Shown here in pieces: positions 16,277 to 25,512 of a DNA stretch of 32,000 nucleotides; position 1 is the first letter of the stretch; the number at the start of each line of letters is the position of its first letter. Position numbers and translations under genes: made by a program. The notes below the pieces were generated by a model, which did not search any database, had not been told where the DNA came from, and saw nothing but the letters and a program-made list of their open reading frames with translations. The stretch is from Candidatus Saccharimonadota bacterium (lineage in GTDB: Bacteria > Patescibacteriota > Patescibacteriia > 2-12-FULL-60-25). Where the stretch lies: contig CP064964.1 of the NCBI GenBank assembly GCA_016699205.1, forward strand, positions 990,001 to 1,022,000, given 5' to 3'.

Positions 16277-16352
16277 GCCGATGTAGCTCAGTTGGTAGAG
16301 CAATGCTTTCGTAAAGCAGAGGTCGCGGGTTCAAATCCCGCCTTTGGCTCCA
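16277..16352 (+). tRNA. tRNA-Thr (anticodon CGT), 3' CCA encoded
   Basis: Acceptor GCCGATG/CTTTGGC has one T-T mismatch and one G-T pair. The D arm is GCTC-AGTTGGTA-GAGC, the anticodon loop is TTCGTAA, and the T arm is GCGGG-TTCAAAT-CCCGC. Confidence 0.85.
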
Positions 16353-16356
16353 TAAC

Positions 16357-16385
16357 AAAACCGCCCTTCATGGGGCGGTTTTGTT
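16357..16385. terminator. Bidirectional rho-independent terminator (tRNAs on the plus strand, ftsW on the minus strand)
   Basis: AAAACCGCCC-ttcatg-GGGCGGTTTT is followed by GTTTT. It abuts the ftsW stop at 16386-16388. Confidence 0.7.
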
Positions 16386-17519
16386 TTACTCGAACAACAT
16401 TTTGCCTGCGGCTTGATCGACAAGTCCTCGACGTCTGACAGCGACAGATTCCGCGAGGCCGATACAGACAAAGACGATCAACATGTAAGAGGCGGCGGCA
16501 GAGAGGAAGGGCATTGGAATACCGGTAATCGGCATCAGACCTAAATTCATTCCGGCATTAACCATGACGTGTATGAGGAAAACGGCGCCGACACCCATGA
16601 GCATAAGCGCGGCAAAATCATCCTCGGATTCATAGCCGAGTCGTATGAGCCGCACGAGGATCAAACCAAAGAGAAAGAAGACAAAGATAATGCCGGCTAA
16701 ACCAAGTTCCTCACCTACAACGGCAAAAATAAAGTCCGTGGCAGCTGCTGGTAGGAAACGTAGGCGGGCTTGGGAGCCCTCGCCGATACCTTTACCGAAC
16801 CAACCGCCAGAACCGATGGCAATACGTGCTTGAATGGCGTTATAGCCGGCTCCTCGCGGGTCGCGTTCCGGATCGAGGAACGACTCGATACGGTCTCGTT
16901 GATAGGGCTGAAGGGCGAATGTCCAGACGATGCCCGCGGTGGTGATAAAGACGAGCGGTAGAATAAGCCAGGCGTGGCGTGGAAGACCCGCAAAGAGCGC
17001 CATGATGCCCCAGATGAGGAAAAGAACCATTGCTGAGCCAAAGTCTGGCTGGAGAAGCACGAGACCGGCGTAGATGCCGGTGGCGACAAAGCTGATGCCG
17101 AAGGTTGTCCACGATAAGCGGCCTCGCCCACGGCGTACAAAGAAAGCGGCTAGATAAACGGCAAGCGTTACTTTAGCGATTTCAACAGGCTGGAACGAGA
17201 GCGCACCAAAACGGAACCAGCCTTGTGTTGCGTTGATACGGACGCCAAAGAAGAGAACGCCTGCCAAAAGTACGGCGCCAAAGATGTACAGCATCAACCC
17301 GTATGAACGGAGATGGCGGTAGTCGAGAAAGATCAAGACGGCGATGGTTGCAACGCCGATCGCAAAGGTGACGAATTGCTTATGGAAAAGAAAGAGGTCA
17401 GAAGGTTCTTGGGAAACACCGATACCGTAGATCGCGACTAAGCCGACGGCTGCTAACGTAAAAGCCGCTGCGAGGAGCGTCCAATCGAGCCGTTCTAAAT
17501 ATTCCCAAAGACGAGCCAT
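16386..17519 (-). CDS. ftsW: FtsW/RodA/SpoVE-family (SEDS) peptidoglycan glycosyltransferase
   Basis: 377 aa with about 10 TM helices. It carries QPDFGSAMV, AATDFIFAVVGEELG and the PITGIPMPFLS motifs of the SEDS family. Confidence 0.85.
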   Translation of the reverse strand: MARLWEYLERLDWTLLAAAFTLAAVGLVAIYGIGVSQEPSDLFLFHKQFVTFAIGVATIAVLIFLDYRHLRSYGLMLYIFGAVLLAGVLFFGVRINATQGWFRFGALSFQPVEIAKVTLAVYLAAFFVRRGRGRLSWTTFGISFVATGIYAGLVLLQPDFGSAMVLFLIWGIMALFAGLPRHAWLILPLVFITTAGIVWTFALQPYQRDRIESFLDPERDPRGAGYNAIQARIAIGSGGWFGKGIGEGSQARLRFLPAAATDFIFAVVGEELGLAGIIFVFFLFGLILVRLIRLGYESEDDFAALMLMGVGAVFLIHVMVNAGMNLGLMPITGIPMPFLSAAASYMLIVFVCIGLAESVAVRRRGLVDQAAGKMLFE

Positions 17520-17528
17520 TCTGCGAGC

Positions 17529-18395
17529 TTACGGAAAGTAAGCCTCGGGATCAAGGATGTTCACATAAGCCGAGATTTCCGTGCGTGTGATTCCGCTCAA
17601 ATTATCGAACCAATTTACGATGAGAGGCTGGCTTGATCCTGCGCCAACCTGTTGTTTTCCGATGGTTGTTACGCCTGCCGGAGTCGTGCCGCGATAAAGA
17701 ATAACGGTGAGATCGACATTCCAGTAACCATATGGGCTTGGATTGCTAAAAGTTGAAGATGTTTGTCCGACGATTTGCGCGCCAATGGTTAGATCGCGTC
17801 GATAGGTGATATCGGAGAAATCAAATTGTAGGCGATTGGCTGCAAAGGCGGCGTAGTCTTTGTTGACGGCGTTTGGATCAACGCGATGCCACTCGATATT
17901 CTCGATAACGAGCTGGGCATTTCTCGAGGTTGTGTCAATGCTTGAACCGAGCTCGGTTAAGTAGCGCTGGCTTTTTGGAAGGATGAAGCCTTTACGCGCG
18001 TCGGTCATCAAGTCGCCGATGCGGAATCGATAGTCAAAGCTGGCCCACCAGGTTTCGTTGGAGTTGGAGAGCTGCACCAGGAAGTCTTTACGATTGCCGG
18101 AAATTTCAAAGACGGTTACGTCGCTGGGGAGCAGTGCTTGAGGCGTTGTTGCTTGGAGGCCAGAAATCGCCAGTTGATTTTCCGCGATAATGCGCGGGAT
18201 ACGGGCTTCACGCGGATAGGAGATGATGTAGGCGTCTAGAAGCGACCAAAGTACAAAAGCCCAGAAGATGATATTGAGGATAATGAGCGTCCAACGAATA
18301 ATGGAACGCATGCGTTCACGATTACGAACCCACCAGCTTGCGAGCTGAAGTTCTTGCTCGGTCATTCCAGAGCCGATGATGTGTTCGTCAGGCAT
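17529..18395 (-). CDS. Hypothetical membrane-anchored protein (one TM helix and a beta-rich extracytoplasmic domain)
   Basis: 288-aa ORF ending 9 nt upstream of ftsW. A TAAAAT box lies 6 nt upstream of its ATG. I recognise no family. Confidence 0.55.
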   Translation of the reverse strand: MPDEHIIGSGMTEQELQLASWWVRNRERMRSIIRWTLIILNIIFWAFVLWSLLDAYIISYPREARIPRIIAENQLAISGLQATTPQALLPSDVTVFEISGNRKDFLVQLSNSNETWWASFDYRFRIGDLMTDARKGFILPKSQRYLTELGSSIDTTSRNAQLVIENIEWHRVDPNAVNKDYAAFAANRLQFDFSDITYRRDLTIGAQIVGQTSSTFSNPSPYGYWNVDLTVILYRGTTPAGVTTIGKQQVGAGSSQPLIVNWFDNLSGITRTEISAYVNILDPEAYFP

Positions 18396-18401
18396 GGGCC
18401 T

Positions 18402-20518
<2,117 letters not shown>

Positions 20519-20521
20519 ATC

Positions 20522-20557
20522 AAAAGAGCCTCTCACGTAGAGGCTCTTTTGATTTTT
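20522..20557 (+). terminator. Rho-independent terminator after gyrB
   Basis: AAAAGAGCCTCT-cacgt-AGAGGCTCTTTTGATTTTT lies 4 nt after the TAA stop. Confidence 0.75.
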
Positions 20558-20574
20558 AGGAGTATGATTTGAAT

Positions 20575-20979
20575 ATGTACTGGATTACCGTCTTTTTTTT
20601 CTACTCATTTTTTGGTTGGTGTCTCGATAGCGGCTATCGGAGCTGGTTTGCGCGTCGATGGGTCATGGGAAATGCGCTGAAACCGATTCCGTTGTCTCCT
20701 ATTTATGGTGTAGGCGTTATCTTTATTTTATTGCTCGAGCCCGCTTTTGCCGCTTGGCCGATTCTTTTTCAGTGGATTGGATACGGGGCCGTGCTCGCTA
20801 CGATCGAGGGCTTGTCCGGACCTGTGGTTACTCGCGTTTGCGGGCGTCCGCTTTGGAAATATTCTCGTGACAATTCTTTTCTTGGATATACGGATCTTTG
20901 GCATGCGGCGATTTGGGGATTGCTAGCATTGCTCGTGATTTGGTTTGTGCATCCGTCTATTTTTTCTGCCGTAGGTTGA
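20575..20979 (+). CDS. Small polytopic membrane protein resembling the putative ABC-transporter type IV / DUF1113 family
   Basis: The N-terminus FFFYSFFGWCLDSGYRS...PIYGVGVIFIL fits that family pattern. The start is ambiguous: ATG 20575 has TATGAT 6 nt upstream, while TTG 20569 has AGGAG 6 nt upstream. Confidence 0.55.
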   Translation: MYWITVFFFYSFFGWCLDSGYRSWFARRWVMGNALKPIPLSPIYGVGVIFILLLEPAFAAWPILFQWIGYGAVLATIEGLSGPVVTRVCGRPLWKYSRDNSFLGYTDLWHAAIWGLLALLVIWFVHPSIFSAVG

Positions 20980-20995
20980 TCTGTCCACAAGACGA

Positions 20996-21024
20996 TTGTC
21001 GGGATGCTTGTTTCGGGCTATAAC
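20996..21024 (+). promoter_or_regulatory. Candidate promoter TTGTCG-17-TATAAC, 6 nt upstream of ATG 21031
   Basis: Hexamers and the exact 17-nt spacer were read directly. Confidence 0.45.
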
Positions 21025-21030
21025 GGATGT

Positions 21031-21360
21031 ATGAGTCTTCGACAGTCGCGCTTGATCGTCGAGTGTCCGCATTGCCACGCTACCTACACGGAAGAAACCG
21101 TGACCTTGGTACGCGATGAGGGCGAGCGGAGGCTTTTTCATTGCGCCTGTCCATCGTGTAAACGGTCGATGATTGCCCTGATTCGCGACCATGAAGGCTG
21201 GATCAGTACGATGGGTTTGGTAACTGATTTGGATGCGGCAGATGCAGTTCGACTCGCTAGCGAGAGTCCGGTTGGAGCTGATGAGTGTATTCGAGCATAT
21301 CAATATATCAGTCAACAGAGCCAAAATCTCTGTCAGACTCTCTTAAAGCGCTCCTCTTGA
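21031..21360 (+). CDS. Small zinc-ribbon protein (CPHC...CPSC), function unknown
   Basis: 109 aa from ATG 21031. Two CxxC pairs are spaced 26 residues apart. The promoter-like element abuts the ATG. Confidence 0.5.
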   Translation: MSLRQSRLIVECPHCHATYTEETVTLVRDEGERRLFHCACPSCKRSMIALIRDHEGWISTMGLVTDLDAADAVRLASESPVGADECIRAYQYISQQSQNLCQTLLKRSS

Positions 21361-21385
21361 CGGAATCGGGTCTTTTCCGTAAGAT
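21357..21385 (+). promoter_or_regulatory. Candidate promoter TTGACG-17-TAAGAT upstream of rplY
   Basis: Read directly from the sequence. The -10 box ends 19 nt before ATG 21405, and it overlaps the end of the upstream ORF. Confidence 0.4.
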
Positions 21386-21404
21386 TTAGGCACTTTTTTC
21401 GACT

Positions 21405-22088
21405 ATGATTTACGCATTATCCGCCAAGACCCGTACCAGCATGGGCAAGCGCTCCAAGGATGAACTCGCTCAGATGCGCGTTCCGGCTGTTATGTACGGC
21501 TCCGGTGTGGCCAACCAGAATGTTTCCGTGCCTCGCTCGGAGTTCTTGAAGGTCCTCAAGCAGGCCGGCTACTCGAGCCTTATCGACATTACTGTCGGTG
21601 AGACTTCTCCGGTGAAGGCTGTTATCAAGGAAGTGCAGGTTCACCCACTTTCCATGGAACCGATTCACATCGATTTCCATCAGGTTCGTATGGACCAGGA
21701 AATGGAAGCGGTGATTCCGTTGAAGTTTATCGGCGAATCCAATGCGGTTAAGGCTGATGCCGGTACGCTTATCAAGTCGCTCGACGAAGTCGAGGTTCGC
21801 TGTTTGCCAGCCAACTTGCCGCATGAGCTTGAAGTCGACTTGTCCAAGCTTGCGACATTCGAGGACTCGATCACGGTTGCCGACATCAAATTGCCTAAGG
21901 GCGTTGAGCTCGCTACGGATCCTGAACTTACGATCGCTACGGTTTCTCGTCCGTTGACGGAAGATGAGCTGAAGAAGCTTGAAGAGAGCCAGGTCGGCGA
22001 TGTCAGCGAAGTGAAGTCCGAAGCCGAGTTGAAGAAGGCCGCCGAGGAAGCCAAAGCCGCCGAGGAAGCCGCTGCAGAAGCCAAGTAA
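21405..22088 (+). CDS. rplY: 50S ribosomal protein L25 / general stress protein Ctc (long form)
   Basis: VPAVMYG, QVHPLSMEPIHIDF and the LPKGVEL motifs are present. The C-terminal tail is Ala/Glu/Lys-rich. Confidence 0.85.
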   Translation: MIYALSAKTRTSMGKRSKDELAQMRVPAVMYGSGVANQNVSVPRSEFLKVLKQAGYSSLIDITVGETSPVKAVIKEVQVHPLSMEPIHIDFHQVRMDQEMEAVIPLKFIGESNAVKADAGTLIKSLDEVEVRCLPANLPHELEVDLSKLATFEDSITVADIKLPKGVELATDPELTIATVSRPLTEDELKKLEESQVGDVSEVKSEAELKKAAEEAKAAEEAAAEAK

Positions 22089-22096
22089 CTTTCCAC

Positions 22097-23176
22097 ATGA
22101 ACTTGAATCCCGAGATTGTTCTGGGATACGCAAAACGGTTTCGCTGGCACATCGCCATCGGAACCGTTTTTGTTGTCGCGTTGTGTGCGGTAGCGCTTTG
22201 GTTGATTTTGTCCGGCGCAACGCGTTCATCAGGTAGCGGCGGTACGGATACTGGTTTCCAGGTTCCTACATCGACAGAGGCTTTAGTTGCCCGCCGTTTG
22301 GACGGTGTTTTGGTTTCGCCTTCTGTAGCTTCGCTGGCTCCAAGATCTGTGATGATCGAGAATCATCCGGATGCGCGTCCTGTTTCTGGTTTGTCTAAAG
22401 CGTCCATCGTGATTGAGGCGCCTGTTGAGGGCGGGATTACCCGTTACTTGGCCTTCTTTGCTGCATCGACGACCTTGCCGCAGATTGGTCCGGTGCGCAG
22501 CGCTCGACCTTATTATGTCGATTGGGCTGATGGTTGGAATGCCTCGTATTTCCATGTTGGTGGGAGCCCGGATGCTTTGGAAAAGATTTCTGCTTTGGCC
22601 GGATTTACTGACGTGAATGAATTTGCGCAGGGCAATAGCTTTTGGCGCGACAATACGCGATCAGCGCCGCATAATGTTTATACAAAGAATGAGTTGATGG
22701 ATGCGATTCTTGTTAAGGAAGGCGTCGCAAGTTCAACAGCTCCTGTTGCTTGGCATTTTCAGGATGCGGCCAGCTCGACGGATCGCGGTACCGTTGACGA
22801 GGTTCGTATTCCATACGGCGGATCATTTAATGTTCGATGGGATTTTGATCCGGAGCGTGGCGTGTATGCCAGAAGTTTGTCCGGTGTTGCTCAAAAGGAT
22901 CGTGATGGATCTGTGGTTGAGGCGGAGAACATTATCGTTCTTAAAACAGAGCAGCAGGTTCTTGATACGACAGGACGTTTGCGTATTCGAACAACAGGAA
23001 GCGGCGAAGCGGTTGCGTATCGTGATGGAAAGCGTTTTGTCTTGCGATGGCGCCGCTCAGCTGGCGAGCCGATCCGTTTTGAATCGACAGATGGAACAGA
23101 ATTTATTTTTACGCGCGGACGTACGTGGATTGAAGTAACGACCAGCGATCCGATTTTTGGTGGTATTGGCGGTTAA
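22097..23176 (+). CDS. DUF3048-domain protein (YerB-like), membrane anchored
   Basis: An N-terminal TM helix is followed by VMIENHPDARPVSGLSKASIVIEAPVEGGITRYLAFF and PHNVY, which are typical of DUF3048. Confidence 0.75.
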   Translation: MNLNPEIVLGYAKRFRWHIAIGTVFVVALCAVALWLILSGATRSSGSGGTDTGFQVPTSTEALVARRLDGVLVSPSVASLAPRSVMIENHPDARPVSGLSKASIVIEAPVEGGITRYLAFFAASTTLPQIGPVRSARPYYVDWADGWNASYFHVGGSPDALEKISALAGFTDVNEFAQGNSFWRDNTRSAPHNVYTKNELMDAILVKEGVASSTAPVAWHFQDAASSTDRGTVDEVRIPYGGSFNVRWDFDPERGVYARSLSGVAQKDRDGSVVEAENIIVLKTEQQVLDTTGRLRIRTTGSGEAVAYRDGKRFVLRWRRSAGEPIRFESTDGTEFIFTRGRTWIEVTTSDPIFGGIGG

Positions 23177-24042
23177 TCGGTTCTCAGGACTTCTAAAATT
23201 CTGTCGCGTCCGCAGCGGTCGTGATGGATACGGATGATAGCGTTTGGAAAAAGACGCGCGGCGATGTCGCGGAGTTTTGGTGCTTGAGGCGGATCGAACT
23301 CAAGTAAAACGAATGCGGCGTTATGCTCACTTGCTTGGGCGAGGAGCCGTTCGTTAAGCGCTAGACCTTTGTTAGAAGCAAAGAGCGCCATGGATGGTTC
23401 GTAACTCGTTACGCTTTTAGGCATCGAACGTTTGTCTTCTGGAGGAAGGTAGGGGAGATTTGCCAGGATACAGAGCGGGGAGTCGGTATCGATTTTGTTC
23501 AGGAGTTTTGCGGTCAGCAAGTTCCCTTTATTAAAATGGATTTTTGCTTTGAGGTGTTTGGCATTTTTTTTGGCAATGGCTAATGCGCGTCTGGAGAGAT
23601 CGGTTGCGAAGACCGTTGCGTCATGCGATTCAAGCGCCATGGTTATGCTGATGGCTCCTGAGCCGGTGCCTACATCGATAATGGTTGGATGCTTGAGATG
23701 CTCCAATCGGCGGAGGGCGATTTCTATCAAATCTTCTGTTTCCGGACGAGGGATGAGGACGCGTTTATCGACGTAAAAATCACGACCATAGAAAGGAGCG
23801 GAATTAAGGAGATAGGCGAGCGGTTCATCGCGTAAGCGGCGACGTAGGAGTCGGTTGAGATTCCAGAGCTGAAGTGTTTTGAGGGTTGCATCGCGGTGCG
23901 TCAGGAGCCAGGATCGATCCCGTTTAAGAATCTTGGAAGCGATCCAATGGACGTCCTGATGAGCGATGTCTTTATCTTTAAGAACATGCGCCAGACGCTT
24001 TTCTGCGTCTGCGAGCCAAAGGGCGAGTGTCAGGGTCGGCAT
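23173..24042 (-). CDS. prmC: Release factor glutamine N5-methyltransferase PrmC/HemK
   Basis: VLIPRPETE and the SAM motif IIDVGTGSGAI are present. The substrate motif reads NLPY instead of NPPY, followed by YEPSMAL. Confidence 0.85.
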   Translation of the reverse strand: MPTLTLALWLADAEKRLAHVLKDKDIAHQDVHWIASKILKRDRSWLLTHRDATLKTLQLWNLNRLLRRRLRDEPLAYLLNSAPFYGRDFYVDKRVLIPRPETEDLIEIALRRLEHLKHPTIIDVGTGSGAISITMALESHDATVFATDLSRRALAIAKKNAKHLKAKIHFNKGNLLTAKLLNKIDTDSPLCILANLPYLPPEDKRSMPKSVTSYEPSMALFASNKGLALNERLLAQASEHNAAFVLLEFDPPQAPKLRDIAARLFPNAIIRIHHDRCGRDRILEVLRTD

Positions 24043-24043
24043 C

Positions 24044-24072
24044 TTGCCAAATTCTACTCGATTCCGTATTAT
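24044..24072 (+). promoter_or_regulatory. Candidate sigma70-type promoter TTGCCA-17-TATTAT for tRNA-Val
   Basis: Read directly from the sequence. The -10 box ends 14 nt before the tRNA 5' end. The -35 hexamer is the same as at 16140. Confidence 0.45.
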
Positions 24073-24086
24073 TCCGCTACGTTTGC

Positions 24087-24163
24087 GGACGTTTAGCTCA
24101 GTTGGTTAGAGCGCACCGTTCACATCGGTGAGGTCGCAGGTTCGAATCCTGCAACGTCCACCA
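24087..24163 (+). tRNA. tRNA-Val (anticodon CAC), 3' CCA encoded
   Basis: The acceptor GGACGTT/AACGTCC is fully paired. The D arm is GCTC-AGTTGGTTA-GAGC, the anticodon stem is CACCG/CGGTG with loop TTCACAT, and the T arm is GCAGG-TTCGAAT-CCTGC. Confidence 0.9.
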
Positions 24164-24170
24164 TCGATGA

Positions 24171-24188
24171 CCCCGCCCAACGGCGGGG
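24171..24188 (+). terminator. GC-rich hairpin after tRNA-Val (weak terminator or processing signal)
   Basis: The hairpin is CCCCGCC-caac-GGCGGGG. Only TT follows, so there is no full T-tract. Confidence 0.3.
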
Positions 24189-24207
24189 TTCGTTGTACCA
24201 TGTAGAT

Positions 24208-25224
24208 ATGTCCAACCTTGTTTCCATCGCCGCCGGTCACATTCGTGACATTTTGGCCGGTGCCATCAAACGCGCTCCAAGCGAGCGTGTGGTTGTGATT
24301 TATGATCTGCAATCCGGTTTGTCCAAAATCATGGCCGATGCTTATCGCGAGGCGATTCCTGATGGGCGATTTATTGATTTTGCCGAGACGGATGCCGCAT
24401 CGATTTTGAAATTGATTGACGAACTTTCACCCGGAGATGTTTTTGTACTTGTTCAATCGAATAGCTTTCGATTGAATGAATTCCGAATTCGTATCGAATT
24501 ATTTAAGCGTAAACTCAAGTGTATCGAGCATGTCCATTTGAATCGCATGGCAGAAGACCAGTATGCTACTTGGGTCGACGCGTTGGCTTTTGACCAAAAT
24601 TATTTGCAGACAAAAGGTCATGGGTTAAAGGCGGTTTTGGATCAGGCCTCGACGGTGAAGATCATTGGAAAGGATTCTGAACTCGTGTGGGAAGGTGGAA
24701 TGGAAGAGGCGAAGCTTAATATCGGCGATTATACGGGGATGGAAAATATCGGCGGTACGTATCCGATTGGCGAAGTGTTTACGGAGGCACGCGATTTGTC
24801 CAAGGTAAATGGTTCGTTTCGGATTTATGCCTTTGCCGGGGATGATTTTAACGTGCGATTTTTTGAGCCGTTTCTGGTTACTGTCGTCGATGGGATTTTG
24901 ATTCCTGGCGAGGATGCACCGGAGGAATTCAAGAAGATTATGGACTTGATTCGTGCGGAAGAACGCGTGCTCGTGCGCGAGCTTGGTGTCGGGATGAATC
25001 GGGCTATCTCACGCAAGACGCCGGTGAACGATATTACGGCTTTTGAGCGCGTACTTGGCTTGCATATGTCGATTGGTGAGAAGCACGGCGTCTACAAAAA
25101 GCCGGGTTTGATTCCGACGAAAACGCGTTATCATGTGGATGTTTTTCCGGCTTTTGAGCGTTTGGAGATCGATGGCAAGGTTGTGTTTGATAATACTCTT
25201 GCCGAGAATCAAATTTTGGTGTAG
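24208..25224 (+). CDS. Hypothetical protein, distantly aminopeptidase M29 (AmpS/aminopeptidase T)-like
   Basis: About 338 aa. The segment NIGGTYPIGEVFTEA resembles the M29 xPxGEVFT motif. ATG 24208 has TACCAT 6 nt upstream. The family assignment is tentative. Confidence 0.45.
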   Translation: MSNLVSIAAGHIRDILAGAIKRAPSERVVVIYDLQSGLSKIMADAYREAIPDGRFIDFAETDAASILKLIDELSPGDVFVLVQSNSFRLNEFRIRIELFKRKLKCIEHVHLNRMAEDQYATWVDALAFDQNYLQTKGHGLKAVLDQASTVKIIGKDSELVWEGGMEEAKLNIGDYTGMENIGGTYPIGEVFTEARDLSKVNGSFRIYAFAGDDFNVRFFEPFLVTVVDGILIPGEDAPEEFKKIMDLIRAEERVLVRELGVGMNRAISRKTPVNDITAFERVLGLHMSIGEKHGVYKKPGLIPTKTRYHVDVFPAFERLEIDGKVVFDNTLAENQILV

Positions 25225-25235
25225 GTTCGAATTAT

Positions 25236-25469
25236 ATGGTTTGGGCACTTGTTATCGCGATCGCGCTCCACATCTTTGCCTATTTTCTTTATAAAATGGG
25301 TTCGGATGTGCTTGAAGCCGGCAATCATTTTCCGGTTGCTTGCGGTATTTTTATTGTTTTTTTGATTGCGGCTGCGGTTGGTTTGAAGTTCATTATCCCT
25401 AATCCAGGCGCAGCTAACGTTGCATCGATTCCACAAGCTTGGATGGATCCGGTGTTTGCCGCAGAGTAG
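25236..25469 (+). CDS. Small membrane protein (two predicted TM helices), unknown function
   Basis: 77-aa ORF with two clear hydrophobic stretches. It fits the gap between its neighbours exactly. Confidence 0.45.
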   Translation: MVWALVIAIALHIFAYFLYKMGSDVLEAGNHFPVACGIFIVFLIAAAVGLKFIIPNPGAANVASIPQAWMDPVFAAE

Positions 25470-25471
25470 AC

Positions 25472-25498
25472 AAAAAGCGCCTTCGGTGGGCTCTTTTT
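25472..25498 (+). terminator. Imperfect hairpin with A- and T-tracts (weak terminator)
   Basis: AAAAAGCGCC-ttcggtg-GGCTCTTTTT has one C-T mismatch in the stem. Confidence 0.3.
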
Positions 25499-25506
25499 GG
25501 TATGAT
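25498..25506 (+). promoter_or_regulatory. Extended -10 element TGgTATGAT, 6 nt upstream of ATG 25513
   Basis: The sequence reads TGG TATGAT cgatct ATG. Confidence 0.4.
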
Positions 25507-25512
25507 CGATCT

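Noticed and set aside
20558-20574. AGGAG at 20558-20562 as a Shine-Dalgarno site for a TTG start at 20569
   Set aside because: This is not fully rejected. It is the one place where an SD reading competes with the -10-box reading (TATGAT-6-ATG 20575). I kept ATG 20575 because the same architecture recurs at many other starts, but either start is possible.
22038-22070. 18-nt tandem duplication GCCGCCGAGGAAGCC (22038-22052 and 22056-22070) at the end of rplY
   Set aside because: It simply encodes the Ala/Glu/Lys low-complexity tail (AAEEAK AAEEAA) common in long-form L25/Ctc proteins. It is not an independent repeat element.
21417-22229. 270-aa minus-strand ORF opposite rplY and the DUF3048 start
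   Set aside because: It is antisense to well-supported genes, is low-complexity (Leu/Arg/Gly/Phe-rich), and crosses a gene boundary.
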